From: Candidatus Peregrinibacteria bacterium
GTDB taxonomy: Bacteria; Patescibacteriota; Gracilibacteria; UBA1369
Length of the DNA: 64,000 bases
Direction: 5' to 3'
Assembly: GCA_963708185.1 (NCBI GenBank)
Contig: OY970195.1
Coordinates: 64,001-128,000, forward strand
Program-made: the position numbers and the translations under genes
In this document: piece after piece, positions 42,702 through 51,365 of the stretch
Layout of the letters: the number at the start of each line of letters is the position of its first letter
Position numbering within the stretch: position 1 is the first letter of the stretch
The notes under the pieces: generated by a model
Database searches by the model: none
What the model was told of the DNA's origin: nothing
What the model saw: only the letters and a program-made list of their open reading frames with translations

Positions 42702-44225
42702 TTAGCCCAGGCTTTTACGCATGACGCCGGCCTCGGTGATTTCCTTGCTGAACTCCAGGCCCATGGATTTTTTGAGCATGATGGTGGAGGTGAGGTTGCG
42801 GTGAATGAGGTGGTTTTCTTTTTGCGGACCGATTTCGATCTTGAGGATGTCGGCGCAGAGGAGGATGTCGTCCAATACGTCGCACGCCCATTGGTGTTTG
42901 GAGGCGAGGTTTTCCAGGTTTTCGATGTTGAGGTATTTGCCGGCGTGCTTGAGTTCCCAGCGCAGGGTGAAGAAATGTTTTTCCAGCAGGGGAAGCAGGC
43001 CTTTGGCTTTGACCTTCTTGAGGGCGCGGCCGGTGCCGATGAATTCGGGGGGAATGCCCATGCTGTACCAGGCCGCGGTAAAGGAGATGGCGCGTGGCAG
43101 CTTGGTTTTTCCCACTCCGCGGTTGTAGCCAAAAAGACCGATGTGCTGGACCCTGGACCTGCGTTTGGGCACGTGAGCTGCCATCTCGTTGACCAGGCCG
43201 GCCGCTTCTTCGATGACCGGACAGTACTCTTTGCGGAAAATTTCGTTGATGGCCCGCAGCTGTTTGAACTCTTCGTCGCTGAACGTGACCGGGTGCGGTT
43301 TGGCCAGCATTTTTTTTACATACTCAATGGAATCCTTCACTTCTTTCAAAGGATAGTCATAACGGTACGCCGATTGGATCGTCACAGTGCTGATGCCTTC
43401 ATACTGCTGGAGTGTTTTTTCGATGTTTTCGGGATTGATGCCCCCGCGGAAGGGGAGCGATCCGGTCCCGATGATCGGATACATGGGGATGCCGAATTTT
43501 TTGCCGATGCGGTAGAATTCACGCAGGGCCATGCGGCTCGCCACCACCGACGGCACGAAGCCCGCGTTGAGCGCGGGGTCGGAACGTGCGATGAACGGTC
43601 GCATGTAGGCGGGGTATTTCTTGAACTTCTTTTTGTGTTCTTTGATGAATGCGGTGAGAACGTCGCCGCAGCCTGCCAGATCGTCGATGCTTTCAAAGAG
43701 CGGGATAATATGGACGTAGCCGTCGCCGAATTTGGAAGTCTTGAAGATCTCTTCGTGGACCTTGGCGGTTTTATGGAAGGTGTCCTGGATGTGGATAAGC
43801 TGATCGGCGTTTTTGGTCATCGGAAGAATGAGTTCAAACACCGACGGGCTGAAGAGTTTGAGTGATTTGGTGAGTTCTGCAGCCGAAAGCACGCTCATGT
43901 AGGTGCGGGCGAGCTTAAAAGTTTTTTCCTCCCAGATGTTGGGGATGCGGAGGGTTACGAAAAGGTCTCTGCCCAGCTGTTTTTTTTGGAAGTCTTTTAA
44001 ATGTTTGGCGACAAGTTTATCGATAATGGCTTCGTCGGCGATCTTGCCTTCCCAGTCCCACATGTATTCATCGGCGCCAAGGTGGAAGAAGTTCTGATAG
44101 ATCTCGTCGTTTTCGTACTGCTCGCCAATGAAGGCGTCGTCGTGCCAGAACGGCACCCCGGCGTTATCCGGGTGCTGCGTGGCCATGACATGCGGTATTT
44201 TTCGCTTGGTCTGAGAAGTGAACAT
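42702..44225 (-). CDS. ppcA: Archaeal-type phosphoenolpyruvate carboxylase
   Basis: MATQHPDNA, EYMWDWEGK, ARSDPALN, GSLPFRG, LPRAISF, final R..LG; start set at MFTSQ. Confidence 0.93.
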   Translation of the reverse strand: MFTSQTKRKIPHVMATQHPDNAGVPFWHDDAFIGEQYENDEIYQNFFHLGADEYMWDWEGKIADEAIIDKLVAKHLKDFQKKQLGRDLFVTLRIPNIWEEKTFKLARTYMSVLSAAELTKSLKLFSPSVFELILPMTKNADQLIHIQDTFHKTAKVHEEIFKTSKFGDGYVHIIPLFESIDDLAGCGDVLTAFIKEHKKKFKKYPAYMRPFIARSDPALNAGFVPSVVASRMALREFYRIGKKFGIPMYPIIGTGSLPFRGGINPENIEKTLQQYEGISTVTIQSAYRYDYPLKEVKDSIEYVKKMLAKPHPVTFSDEEFKQLRAINEIFRKEYCPVIEEAAGLVNEMAAHVPKRRSRVQHIGLFGYNRGVGKTKLPRAISFTAAWYSMGIPPEFIGTGRALKKVKAKGLLPLLEKHFFTLRWELKHAGKYLNIENLENLASKHQWACDVLDDILLCADILKIEIGPQKENHLIHRNLTSTIMLKKSMGLEFSKEITEAGVMRKSLG

Positions 44226-44242
44226 TCGATTCGGAAAGTTGT

Positions 44243-45250
44243 TTACATCTTTCTTGCCACCATTTCGGCCAGGTCGACGACGCGGCAGGAATAGCCCCAT
44301 TCGTTATCGTACCAGGCGATGACTTTGATCAGATTGTCCTGCATGACCATTGTTGAAAGGCCGTCGACGATTGAGGAGTGTTCGTTGCTTTTGTAATCCG
44401 AGGAAACGAGAGGGATTTCGTTGTAATCCATGATGCCTTTCATGGCTCCTTCGGATGCTTTTTCCATCATGGCGTTCACTTCTTCCACGGTCGTGTTTTT
44501 TTCGGTTTCGCAGACGAAATCCAGCAAAGAGACCGTCGGAGTGGGAACGCGGACGGCCATGCCGTTCAGTTTTCCTTCGAGTTCGGGAATGACGAGCGTC
44601 ACCGCGAATGCGGCATGGGTCGTGGTCGGAATGATGTTGCATGCAGCGGCGCGGGCGCGGCGGAGATCTTTGTGCGGAAGATCCAAAATGTTCTGATCGT
44701 TGGTATAGGAGTGGACCGTGGTCATGAGGCCGCGTTTGATCTTGAGGTTGTCGTTGAGCACTTTGACGACCGGAGCCATGCAGTTGGTCGTGCAGGACGC
44801 GTTGGAGATGTAATTGTGTTTTTGGGGGTCGTAAATATCGTCGTTCACGCCCATGCAAATGGTGGCGTCGGAGTTTTTGGCAGCGGCGGTGAAGATGACT
44901 TTCTTGACGGTGTCGCGCATGTGTTTGCTCCCGCTTTCTTTGTCGTTGAACACGCCGGTGGCTTCAAGCACGATGTCCACTTTATCGTCGCCCCATGGGA
45001 TTTTGGCAGGGTCTCTTTCCTGGTAGTAAGTGATTTTTTTTCCGTCAACAACAATGGTGTTCGGACCGTCAACGCTTACGTCTGCGTCGAGCGTGCCGTA
45101 GCTGGTGTCGTATTTTAAAAGGTGCGCGAGGGTTTTGTTGTCGCTCAGATTGTTGATGGCAACGATTTCAACGTCTTTTCGTTTCATCGCAATGCGGAAC
45201 ATCTGCCGGCCGATGCGGCCGAAACCATTAATACCTACACGTGCTTTCAT
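44243..45250 (-). CDS. gap: Glyceraldehyde-3-phosphate dehydrogenase, type I
   Basis: GINGFGRIGR, SNASCTTNC, WYDNEWGYS. Confidence 0.99.
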   Translation of the reverse strand: MKARVGINGFGRIGRQMFRIAMKRKDVEIVAINNLSDNKTLAHLLKYDTSYGTLDADVSVDGPNTIVVDGKKITYYQERDPAKIPWGDDKVDIVLEATGVFNDKESGSKHMRDTVKKVIFTAAAKNSDATICMGVNDDIYDPQKHNYISNASCTTNCMAPVVKVLNDNLKIKRGLMTTVHSYTNDQNILDLPHKDLRRARAAACNIIPTTTHAAFAVTLVIPELEGKLNGMAVRVPTPTVSLLDFVCETEKNTTVEEVNAMMEKASEGAMKGIMDYNEIPLVSSDYKSNEHSSIVDGLSTMVMQDNLIKVIAWYDNEWGYSCRVVDLAEMVARKM

Positions 45251-45359
45251 TGGTGTGTGGATTAGAAAATATTCGACGCTAGTGTATAGCCAAGTTATGC
45301 CCGGTGTCGAATTCGGAACGTCGAATACGATTGACAATTTTGTTGAAGATTCGGAAGTT

Positions 45360-45842
45360 TTATTTTGCGAAAAGTTTAATGAACTCCATAGCTCCTCCAA
45401 AACCTGCGGTGATTAAAATTCCGCAGAGAACGTTCCCTATGAGTATGAAGAGAATGGATTTCCAGTACGGCAGTTCAAACAGGAAAGCGATGAGCGCGGC
45501 AGTCCATGCTCCGGTTCCTGGGATGGGGATCGCCGTCAGGATCACCAGGAGTGCTTCGCCCATTTTTTCAAAACGCTCGGTGTGTTTGGTCCGAGTATGG
45601 TGGAAAAGTTTGCTGAACATTTTGTTGAGCCACTTGGAGTGTTTCATCAGCCAGATCGATATCGGACCGAGCATTTTCAGGATGAGCATGACGATCAGAA
45701 TATTGCCGAGCTCGCTCCAGAAGAAAGAGGCTTCAGGAGAGAGTCCCAGGAACAGCCCCAAAGGCAATGCGGCTCTGAGTTCTCCGATCGGAAGCATCGA
45801 GGCAAAAAAAACAACAAGTTCACGCGGAAGACCGGTTAACAT
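45360..45842 (-). CDS. Small multidrug-export-like membrane protein (COG2426)
   Basis: MLPIGELRAALP and AIPIPGTGAWT. Confidence 0.88.
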   Translation of the reverse strand: MLTGLPRELVVFFASMLPIGELRAALPLGLFLGLSPEASFFWSELGNILIVMLILKMLGPISIWLMKHSKWLNKMFSKLFHHTRTKHTERFEKMGEALLVILTAIPIPGTGAWTAALIAFLFELPYWKSILFILIGNVLCGILITAGFGGAMEFIKLFAK

Positions 45843-46243
45843 TTTTTATGGGGTTACTCAGCCTGGGTATTGTAAGTTTTTGAAACCTTCTACGAAAGGT
45901 ATTTTTGTTCTCTCATCTGGTCGATTATGTTCAAAAATCGTTGATTGATTCACTTTTGTGAACACGGACTATTCAATATATTGTTTTTTACTTTACAGAA
46001 GCTGTTTACTCCTTTTGAGTATAAAAATATTATGCAATAAAGGTTTGAGCCTGCAATGTTTTTTGATAAGGTCATTTTTTATTTACTGAAAGCCAAAATA
46101 ACTTTCGGTTACCCATGGTGCGACTACAATTTTTGCACCCTTTGAGGTGAATTTGTTGACTTAGGGGTAAATTTTCCTTATTTTAAAGTCAATTTCACAG
46201 GTATAAAAAAGTTATACACATATCGTTCACAACTTTTGAACAT

Positions 46244-47524
46244 ATGAAGAAAAAAATGAAAAAAAAAGCTTTGAGGAAACCTGCAAAATCGGTAAAAAAG
46301 GTTCAAAAAAAGAAGAACACTGTTAAAAAAGTTATGAAAAAAAAGGGGGTCATGAAAAAAATCATGAGCCGTCTTCAAAAAGCTGTCCGGAAATCTTCCA
46401 AACAGAAGAAAGTACAGAAGAAAATGAAGAAAGTTTTGAAAAAGCGTCCGGTGAAACTCAAAAAGAAACCGCTTCGCAAGCCCTTTCAAAAGCCTAAGCA
46501 GAAGAAAGTCATCACCGGGAAAACTTCCAAAGCCTCGGAGAAAGTTTCTCCGAAACAAGCCGTTGAAGCCGAATCGGAGGTCAGTTCAGAGGTTCAGCCG
46601 GCGGGTTTCACTCATGAACCGGTGCTGCTGGAAGAGGTTCTCGCCAATCTCGACCTCGGAGGAAAGAAAGTGGTTGTTGACGGAACGCTCGGGCTCGGCG
46701 GACATGCCCGAAACATCCTTGAACACATGGATGTTGAAGGAAAACTTGTCGGGTTCGACGTCGATGACGACAATCTGGCGACGGCCCGCGAAAATCTGAA
46801 ATCTTTCGGCGACAGAGTCCTTTTTGTCCGTTCAAATTTCAGCAACATGAGCGAAGAACTCAAGAACCTGAAAATTCGAAGCGTTGACGCCATCCTGCTG
46901 GATCTGGGGCTTTCATCTCCGCAGGTTGATAATCCGGCCAAAGGGTTTTCTTTTTTGCGTGAAGGTCCTCTTGATATGCGTTTCGACAAGAACGCAGTCC
47001 TGACGGCCGCTGAAGTTATCAACCGTTACGGCATGAACGAACTGATCCGCATCTTTAAAGAGTACGGCGAAGAATCTTTTGCCCGCAAGATCGCTTCGGA
47101 AATCGTCAAACGCCGCAAGACCAGACCTTTCAAGACAACCTCGGACCTCGCAAATTTCATCGAGAAACTTATCGGGCGTAAAGGTCATCTTCATCCGGCG
47201 ACCCGCGTGTTCCAGGCTTTGCGCATCGAAGTCAACCACGAACTTGATGTCCTGGTGAGCGCATTGAAGCAGGCGGTTGAACTTTTAAAGAAACACGGGC
47301 GCATCGCCGTCATCGCGTACCACTCGCTCGAGGATCGGGCCGTGAAACATTTCTTCAAGGATTGTGCCCGCGATTTTATCAACGAACCGGGAAAACTGAC
47401 CACGACCCATTTGAAACCAACACTTTCCATTGTTACCAAAAAACCGATCGTCCCCTCTGATAAAGAAATTTCCCGAAATCCGCGAAGCCGCAGCGCCAAG
47501 CTGCGCGTCGCGGAGAAGATCTGA
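46244..47524 (+). CDS. rsmH: 16S rRNA m4C1402 methyltransferase with Lys-rich N-terminal extension
   Basis: HEPVLL, DGTLGLGGH, DLGLSSPQ, FQALRIEVN, NPRSRSAKLR. Confidence 0.97.
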   Translation: MKKKMKKKALRKPAKSVKKVQKKKNTVKKVMKKKGVMKKIMSRLQKAVRKSSKQKKVQKKMKKVLKKRPVKLKKKPLRKPFQKPKQKKVITGKTSKASEKVSPKQAVEAESEVSSEVQPAGFTHEPVLLEEVLANLDLGGKKVVVDGTLGLGGHARNILEHMDVEGKLVGFDVDDDNLATARENLKSFGDRVLFVRSNFSNMSEELKNLKIRSVDAILLDLGLSSPQVDNPAKGFSFLREGPLDMRFDKNAVLTAAEVINRYGMNELIRIFKEYGEESFARKIASEIVKRRKTRPFKTTSDLANFIEKLIGRKGHLHPATRVFQALRIEVNHELDVLVSALKQAVELLKKHGRIAVIAYHSLEDRAVKHFFKDCARDFINEPGKLTTTHLKPTLSIVTKKPIVPSDKEISRNPRSRSAKLRVAEKI

Positions 47525-47604
47525 CCTTACCCCGCGGCTTTTCTAGAATCCTTTACACACAAACAAAAACAAAATTTTTTATTTCTTACTCCTGTTTTTT
47601 TCCA

Positions 47605-48006
47605 ATGTCGCAGCTTCTCCTCACCCGCAGTCCGTATCGTCAGGAATTCATCAACTCTTCTGCCCGAAGATCTTTTCATCGTACCCGTGTGACGCCGATC
47701 AAATGGAAGCTGCAGTTCGGTCCGATGACGCTGATCGTCGGTCTTATTATCGTAGCGGTGTCGATGAGTATCCTGTATCTGATGCATTTCAATCAGGTGG
47801 CGACCAAAGGTTACGACCTGAAGCGTCTCGAGGTGGACCGACAGCAGCTCATGGACCAGAATCAGCTCAGTAATATGAATATTGATAAAGTGACCTCCAT
47901 GCCGTCGATCCTGGCAAGTACGCGCATCCAGACCATGGTCAAAGCACACGAGGTCACGTTCGTTCGAGGTGATTCAGCATTGGCTTCGGCAAGCGCCGGG
48001 ACATGA
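47605..48006 (+). CDS. FtsL-like cell division protein
   Basis: Position after rsmH; single TM followed by a coiled coil. Confidence 0.6.
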   Translation: MSQLLLTRSPYRQEFINSSARRSFHRTRVTPIKWKLQFGPMTLIVGLIIVAVSMSILYLMHFNQVATKGYDLKRLEVDRQQLMDQNQLSNMNIDKVTSMPSILASTRIQTMVKAHEVTFVRGDSALASASAGT

Positions 48007-48068
48007 TCAGTTGATCTTTTGAAGGAGCGTGTTAATCTTGCGGCGGACTATTTCGTTTCATTTTCGTT

Positions 48069-48989
48069 ATGAATTTTTCAGAATATCTTCAGCGCCACGG
48101 TGTTGATAGCGGTTTACATGATGTCCTCCAGACGGTCACGGGGTTTTTCCCGAAACTGGCCGCGGCCATGAGCAAAGGGAATCTTGAGGGTTCCGCGGGC
48201 TCGCAGAACGTTTTCGGCGACAAACAGGTTAAGATGGATATTTTTTCAAACGATCTTTTTACGAATGAACTCGTCAAGCATCCTTACGTGGCCATGGTGG
48301 CTTCAGAGGAGCTTGATGACAGCAAAGACGGCAGTGCGGGAGATGGTGGCTATTCCGTGGCCTATGATCCTCTGGACGGGTCGTCTCTGGTGGACGTGAA
48401 CCTTTCCGTCGGGTCGATTGTCGGCATTTATAAGGGAAAAGGTTTTCTGGGCCGCAAAGGCAGCGACCAGGTCGCAGCGATCATCGCGGTCTACGGTCCG
48501 CGACTGACGTTTATGGTGACCGTTGGACACGGTGTGGCGGAGTTCATCTACGATTGGGAAAAGAAAGATTTTCTGGTCAATACCGAAGAGGTCGACATCG
48601 GGGACAGCAAAAAGATGTTTGCTCCCGGCAATCTGCGGGCGTGTTCCGATCCCAACCTGAAGTGGTATCTGGATTTGATGGAGTACTGGCTCAAGAATCA
48701 GTACACGCTGCGTTATTCCGGCGGTATGGTCCCGGACGTGAACCAGATTCTCAAGAAGGGCGGCGGGATTTTTACCTATCCGGCCTACAACGAAATGCCC
48801 AACGGTAAGCTGCGGCTGCTTTATGAATGCGCCCCCATGGCTTTCCTGATGGAACAGGCCGGAGGCATCGCGGTGTGCGACGACACGATGATTCTGGATC
48901 TGACGATCGAGAAACTCGACCAGCGCACGCCGATCTTCATAGGTTCCAAAAAGGAAGTGGAGCTCGTCCAGAGTTTTTTTAAGAAGTAA
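48069..48989 (+). CDS. fbp: Class I fructose-1,6-bisphosphatase
   Basis: ASEE, DPLDGSS, RYSGGMVPD, GKLRLLYECAP. Confidence 0.97.
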   Translation: MNFSEYLQRHGVDSGLHDVLQTVTGFFPKLAAAMSKGNLEGSAGSQNVFGDKQVKMDIFSNDLFTNELVKHPYVAMVASEELDDSKDGSAGDGGYSVAYDPLDGSSLVDVNLSVGSIVGIYKGKGFLGRKGSDQVAAIIAVYGPRLTFMVTVGHGVAEFIYDWEKKDFLVNTEEVDIGDSKKMFAPGNLRACSDPNLKWYLDLMEYWLKNQYTLRYSGGMVPDVNQILKKGGGIFTYPAYNEMPNGKLRLLYECAPMAFLMEQAGGIAVCDDTMILDLTIEKLDQRTPIFIGSKKEVELVQSFFKK

Positions 48990-50595
48990 CCTTCTTTTTT
49001 TCTGAGCCGTCCTTCTGTTCCGGCGGATTTTGCGAAGGTTTTTGCGATGAATCTTTTTCCAACGGCTGTGCCGGTTTGTCATTTGGACCGTTCTCGGAAA
49101 TAAGGCGGTCTGCGACGCCTTTGGCGTCGAGGGTGGTGCCGTAGGTGATGTCGTTCTGTTCGGTATCGCTGAGGTGTCGCTCGATCCATTGGCTCCACGT
49201 TTCGTTCTGTTTTGTACTGGTTTTTGCGACCTGGAGGAACCTTCTGGCGTCGTCGGGACTCTGGTACATCTTGTTGATGTTTTCCATTTTGGAAAAGTAG
49301 CGTTTCCCTCCCTTGTAGAACTGTTCAAGCTGCTGTCGTTCCTCAGGTGCGATTTCCTTCCAGTCCTTTAAAAGCGAGGTGACGTCATTCGCGGTTTCGG
49401 CTCCCATCTTGATGCCTAACGCCGACATGATCCATTTGAGGAACTCCATGAGATACTGTCCGAGATTTTTGAAAACATCGGCAAGGTTGAAAGGTTTGCC
49501 GGCTTGTTCGGTTTGCTGGGCGGCCGTTTCAGCGGTCTGCTGCTCCACCTGTTGTTTGGTCTGGTCTTTGGCCTGGTTTTCGGAAGGGACGTCGATCTTG
49601 CTCCACTGTCCTTCCGGCGAGAGTTCGAAGACTTCATCGGCCTGAGGGTTGAGTTTTTTGACCTCAGCGGCAAGGTAATCGACAACCTTCTGTTTGACGT
49701 CGGCGTCGTCGATGGGCGGCAGCGCTTTTGGGATTTGTTCCTGAAGCGCCTTGTCGAGATCCTTGGCGTCTTTCGGTGCCGTGATGCGGGTTTTGTTGAA
49801 GGTGATGAGCTTGCGGTCGATGAGTTCTTTGGGGCTTAATGTTTTCCCCATAAGATCGGTCTCCTCACCTTCGAGTCTGGTTTTTTCCGTCTTGAGTCCC
49901 AGTGATTCGTCGAAGTTCTTCAGCATGGTCGTATATGAGGCCTGGTCGAGTTGGAGGAACTCCTTGAGTTTTCCAGCCTGCAGGTATCCGTTGGTGATGA
50001 TGTCGGTTTTGGTATACGTGCTGAAGGCCTCGACGACTTCGACAGGTTTGGTGAAAGGGAACTTTTTGCTGTCGAGTGTCTGTTTGAGGTTCGAAAGAAA
50101 ATAGGAAATTTTGTCGTCGAGGGTGTTTTCGGCGAAATTGGTCGTTTTATCCGAATCCCGCCCGGCTTTCTGGAAATAGTCGAAGATGAGATCCTTGGCG
50201 GTCTGCTTGAGGACGTTGACGTTGGTTTCGTCGCCGATGCCGAGATCTTCGAAAGACGGTTTGTATCTGCCGAATTTTTCTTCGACCTTTTCGTTGATTT
50301 TCTTGTGGGCCATGCCGTCGGTCATGCCTGAATCCGCTGCATTGTCGACCCAGCTTTCTTTGGTTCGGGCGTTGACGGCTTCGTCCCGGAGTTTGTTCTG
50401 TCGGTCGTCGATCTCTTTTTTGCGGTCTTTGATTTTCTGGAGACGGTCAAGCCCTTCCTTGCTCATCAAATCCTTCCATTCCAGACGCGCGGAAGCATGG
50501 ACTCCTTCTTCCGGGGTCAGGGGCGCGTTCTTCGCTTCGGGCTGGTTTTGTTTTTCAGCGTTCTCCGGTGCTTTTTGCGGTTGTTCTCCTGCCAT
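48979..50595 (-). CDS. Hypothetical protein, charged with an amphipathic segment
   Basis: 538-aa ORF with no recognised family. Confidence 0.75.
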   Translation of the reverse strand: MAGEQPQKAPENAEKQNQPEAKNAPLTPEEGVHASARLEWKDLMSKEGLDRLQKIKDRKKEIDDRQNKLRDEAVNARTKESWVDNAADSGMTDGMAHKKINEKVEEKFGRYKPSFEDLGIGDETNVNVLKQTAKDLIFDYFQKAGRDSDKTTNFAENTLDDKISYFLSNLKQTLDSKKFPFTKPVEVVEAFSTYTKTDIITNGYLQAGKLKEFLQLDQASYTTMLKNFDESLGLKTEKTRLEGEETDLMGKTLSPKELIDRKLITFNKTRITAPKDAKDLDKALQEQIPKALPPIDDADVKQKVVDYLAAEVKKLNPQADEVFELSPEGQWSKIDVPSENQAKDQTKQQVEQQTAETAAQQTEQAGKPFNLADVFKNLGQYLMEFLKWIMSALGIKMGAETANDVTSLLKDWKEIAPEERQQLEQFYKGGKRYFSKMENINKMYQSPDDARRFLQVAKTSTKQNETWSQWIERHLSDTEQNDITYGTTLDAKGVADRLISENGPNDKPAQPLEKDSSQKPSQNPPEQKDGSEKKKVTS

Positions 50596-50735
50596 AATTT
50601 TGGGTTCAGGTTATCTTGCTATTTTAGCATAAAATCTTGTTTTTATAAAGCCGTTTTGAGGCTCTCGACACCTTTCTTTTTGGTAACAATTGGGCTATTT
50701 TTATGTTATCTCTTACGAGAGCTATTTTTTTGAAT

Positions 50736-51308
50736 ATGGAATCGAAAGATCTGAAAAGCCAGGAACCCGAGATCAACGCACTCGTTCAAAAAGCCCAATC
50801 GGGCAATACGGAGGCTTTTGCCGGTCTTTACGATATTTTTATCCAGCCGGTGTACCGCTATATTTTTTTCAAGGTGTCCAAAGAGGATGCGCTTGATCTG
50901 ACAGAGTCGGTTTTTTTGAAGGTCTGGGAGAATATTAAATCCTACAGCAAGATGAAGGGAGCTTTTTCTTCCTGGGTTTTCAAGATCGCCCATAACGCTG
51001 TCGTGGACTACTACCGTCTCAATCGGGAACACGTTGATCTGGACAGCGTGGTTTTGCCCGATGAAAGCAGGGATTCGGATCCCCGTTTTCTTACTGAGAA
51101 CCGTTTGAATCAGGATTTGCTGAGAAAGGCGTTGGCGAAGTTGAAGAAAAAGTATCAGGACGTCCTGCTGCTTCGTTTCGTCAACGGGCTGGAGCATCGG
51201 GAAATTGCCAGGATCATGCGCAGAAGCGAGGGAAGTTTGAGGATTTTGAAGTTTAGAGCTTTACAAGAATTGAAGAAAGTGTTGAAAGATATGAATATCA
51301 GGTTTTGA
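50736..51308 (+). CDS. ECF-type RNA polymerase sigma factor
   Basis: AFAGLYD, VFLKVW, FSSWVFKIAHN, REIARIM; start set at MESKD. Confidence 0.93.
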   Translation: MESKDLKSQEPEINALVQKAQSGNTEAFAGLYDIFIQPVYRYIFFKVSKEDALDLTESVFLKVWENIKSYSKMKGAFSSWVFKIAHNAVVDYYRLNREHVDLDSVVLPDESRDSDPRFLTENRLNQDLLRKALAKLKKKYQDVLLLRFVNGLEHREIARIMRRSEGSLRILKFRALQELKKVLKDMNIRF

Positions 51309-51311
51309 TTT

Positions 51312-51337
51312 TGTAACGAAAATGTTTTCTTAACGTA
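51312..51337 (+). promoter_or_regulatory. Candidate ECF-sigma promoter
   Basis: TGTAAC-N16-CGTA between the sigma and anti-sigma genes. Confidence 0.6.
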
Positions 51338-51365
51338 TTAGAAAGCGCTTACCCACACTGAACCT

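Noticed and set aside
45843-46243. Replication origin in the AT-rich gap
   Set aside because: Only one good DnaA-box match (TTATACACA, 46212-46220) and no dnaA/dnaN nearby; divergent promoters explain the gap.
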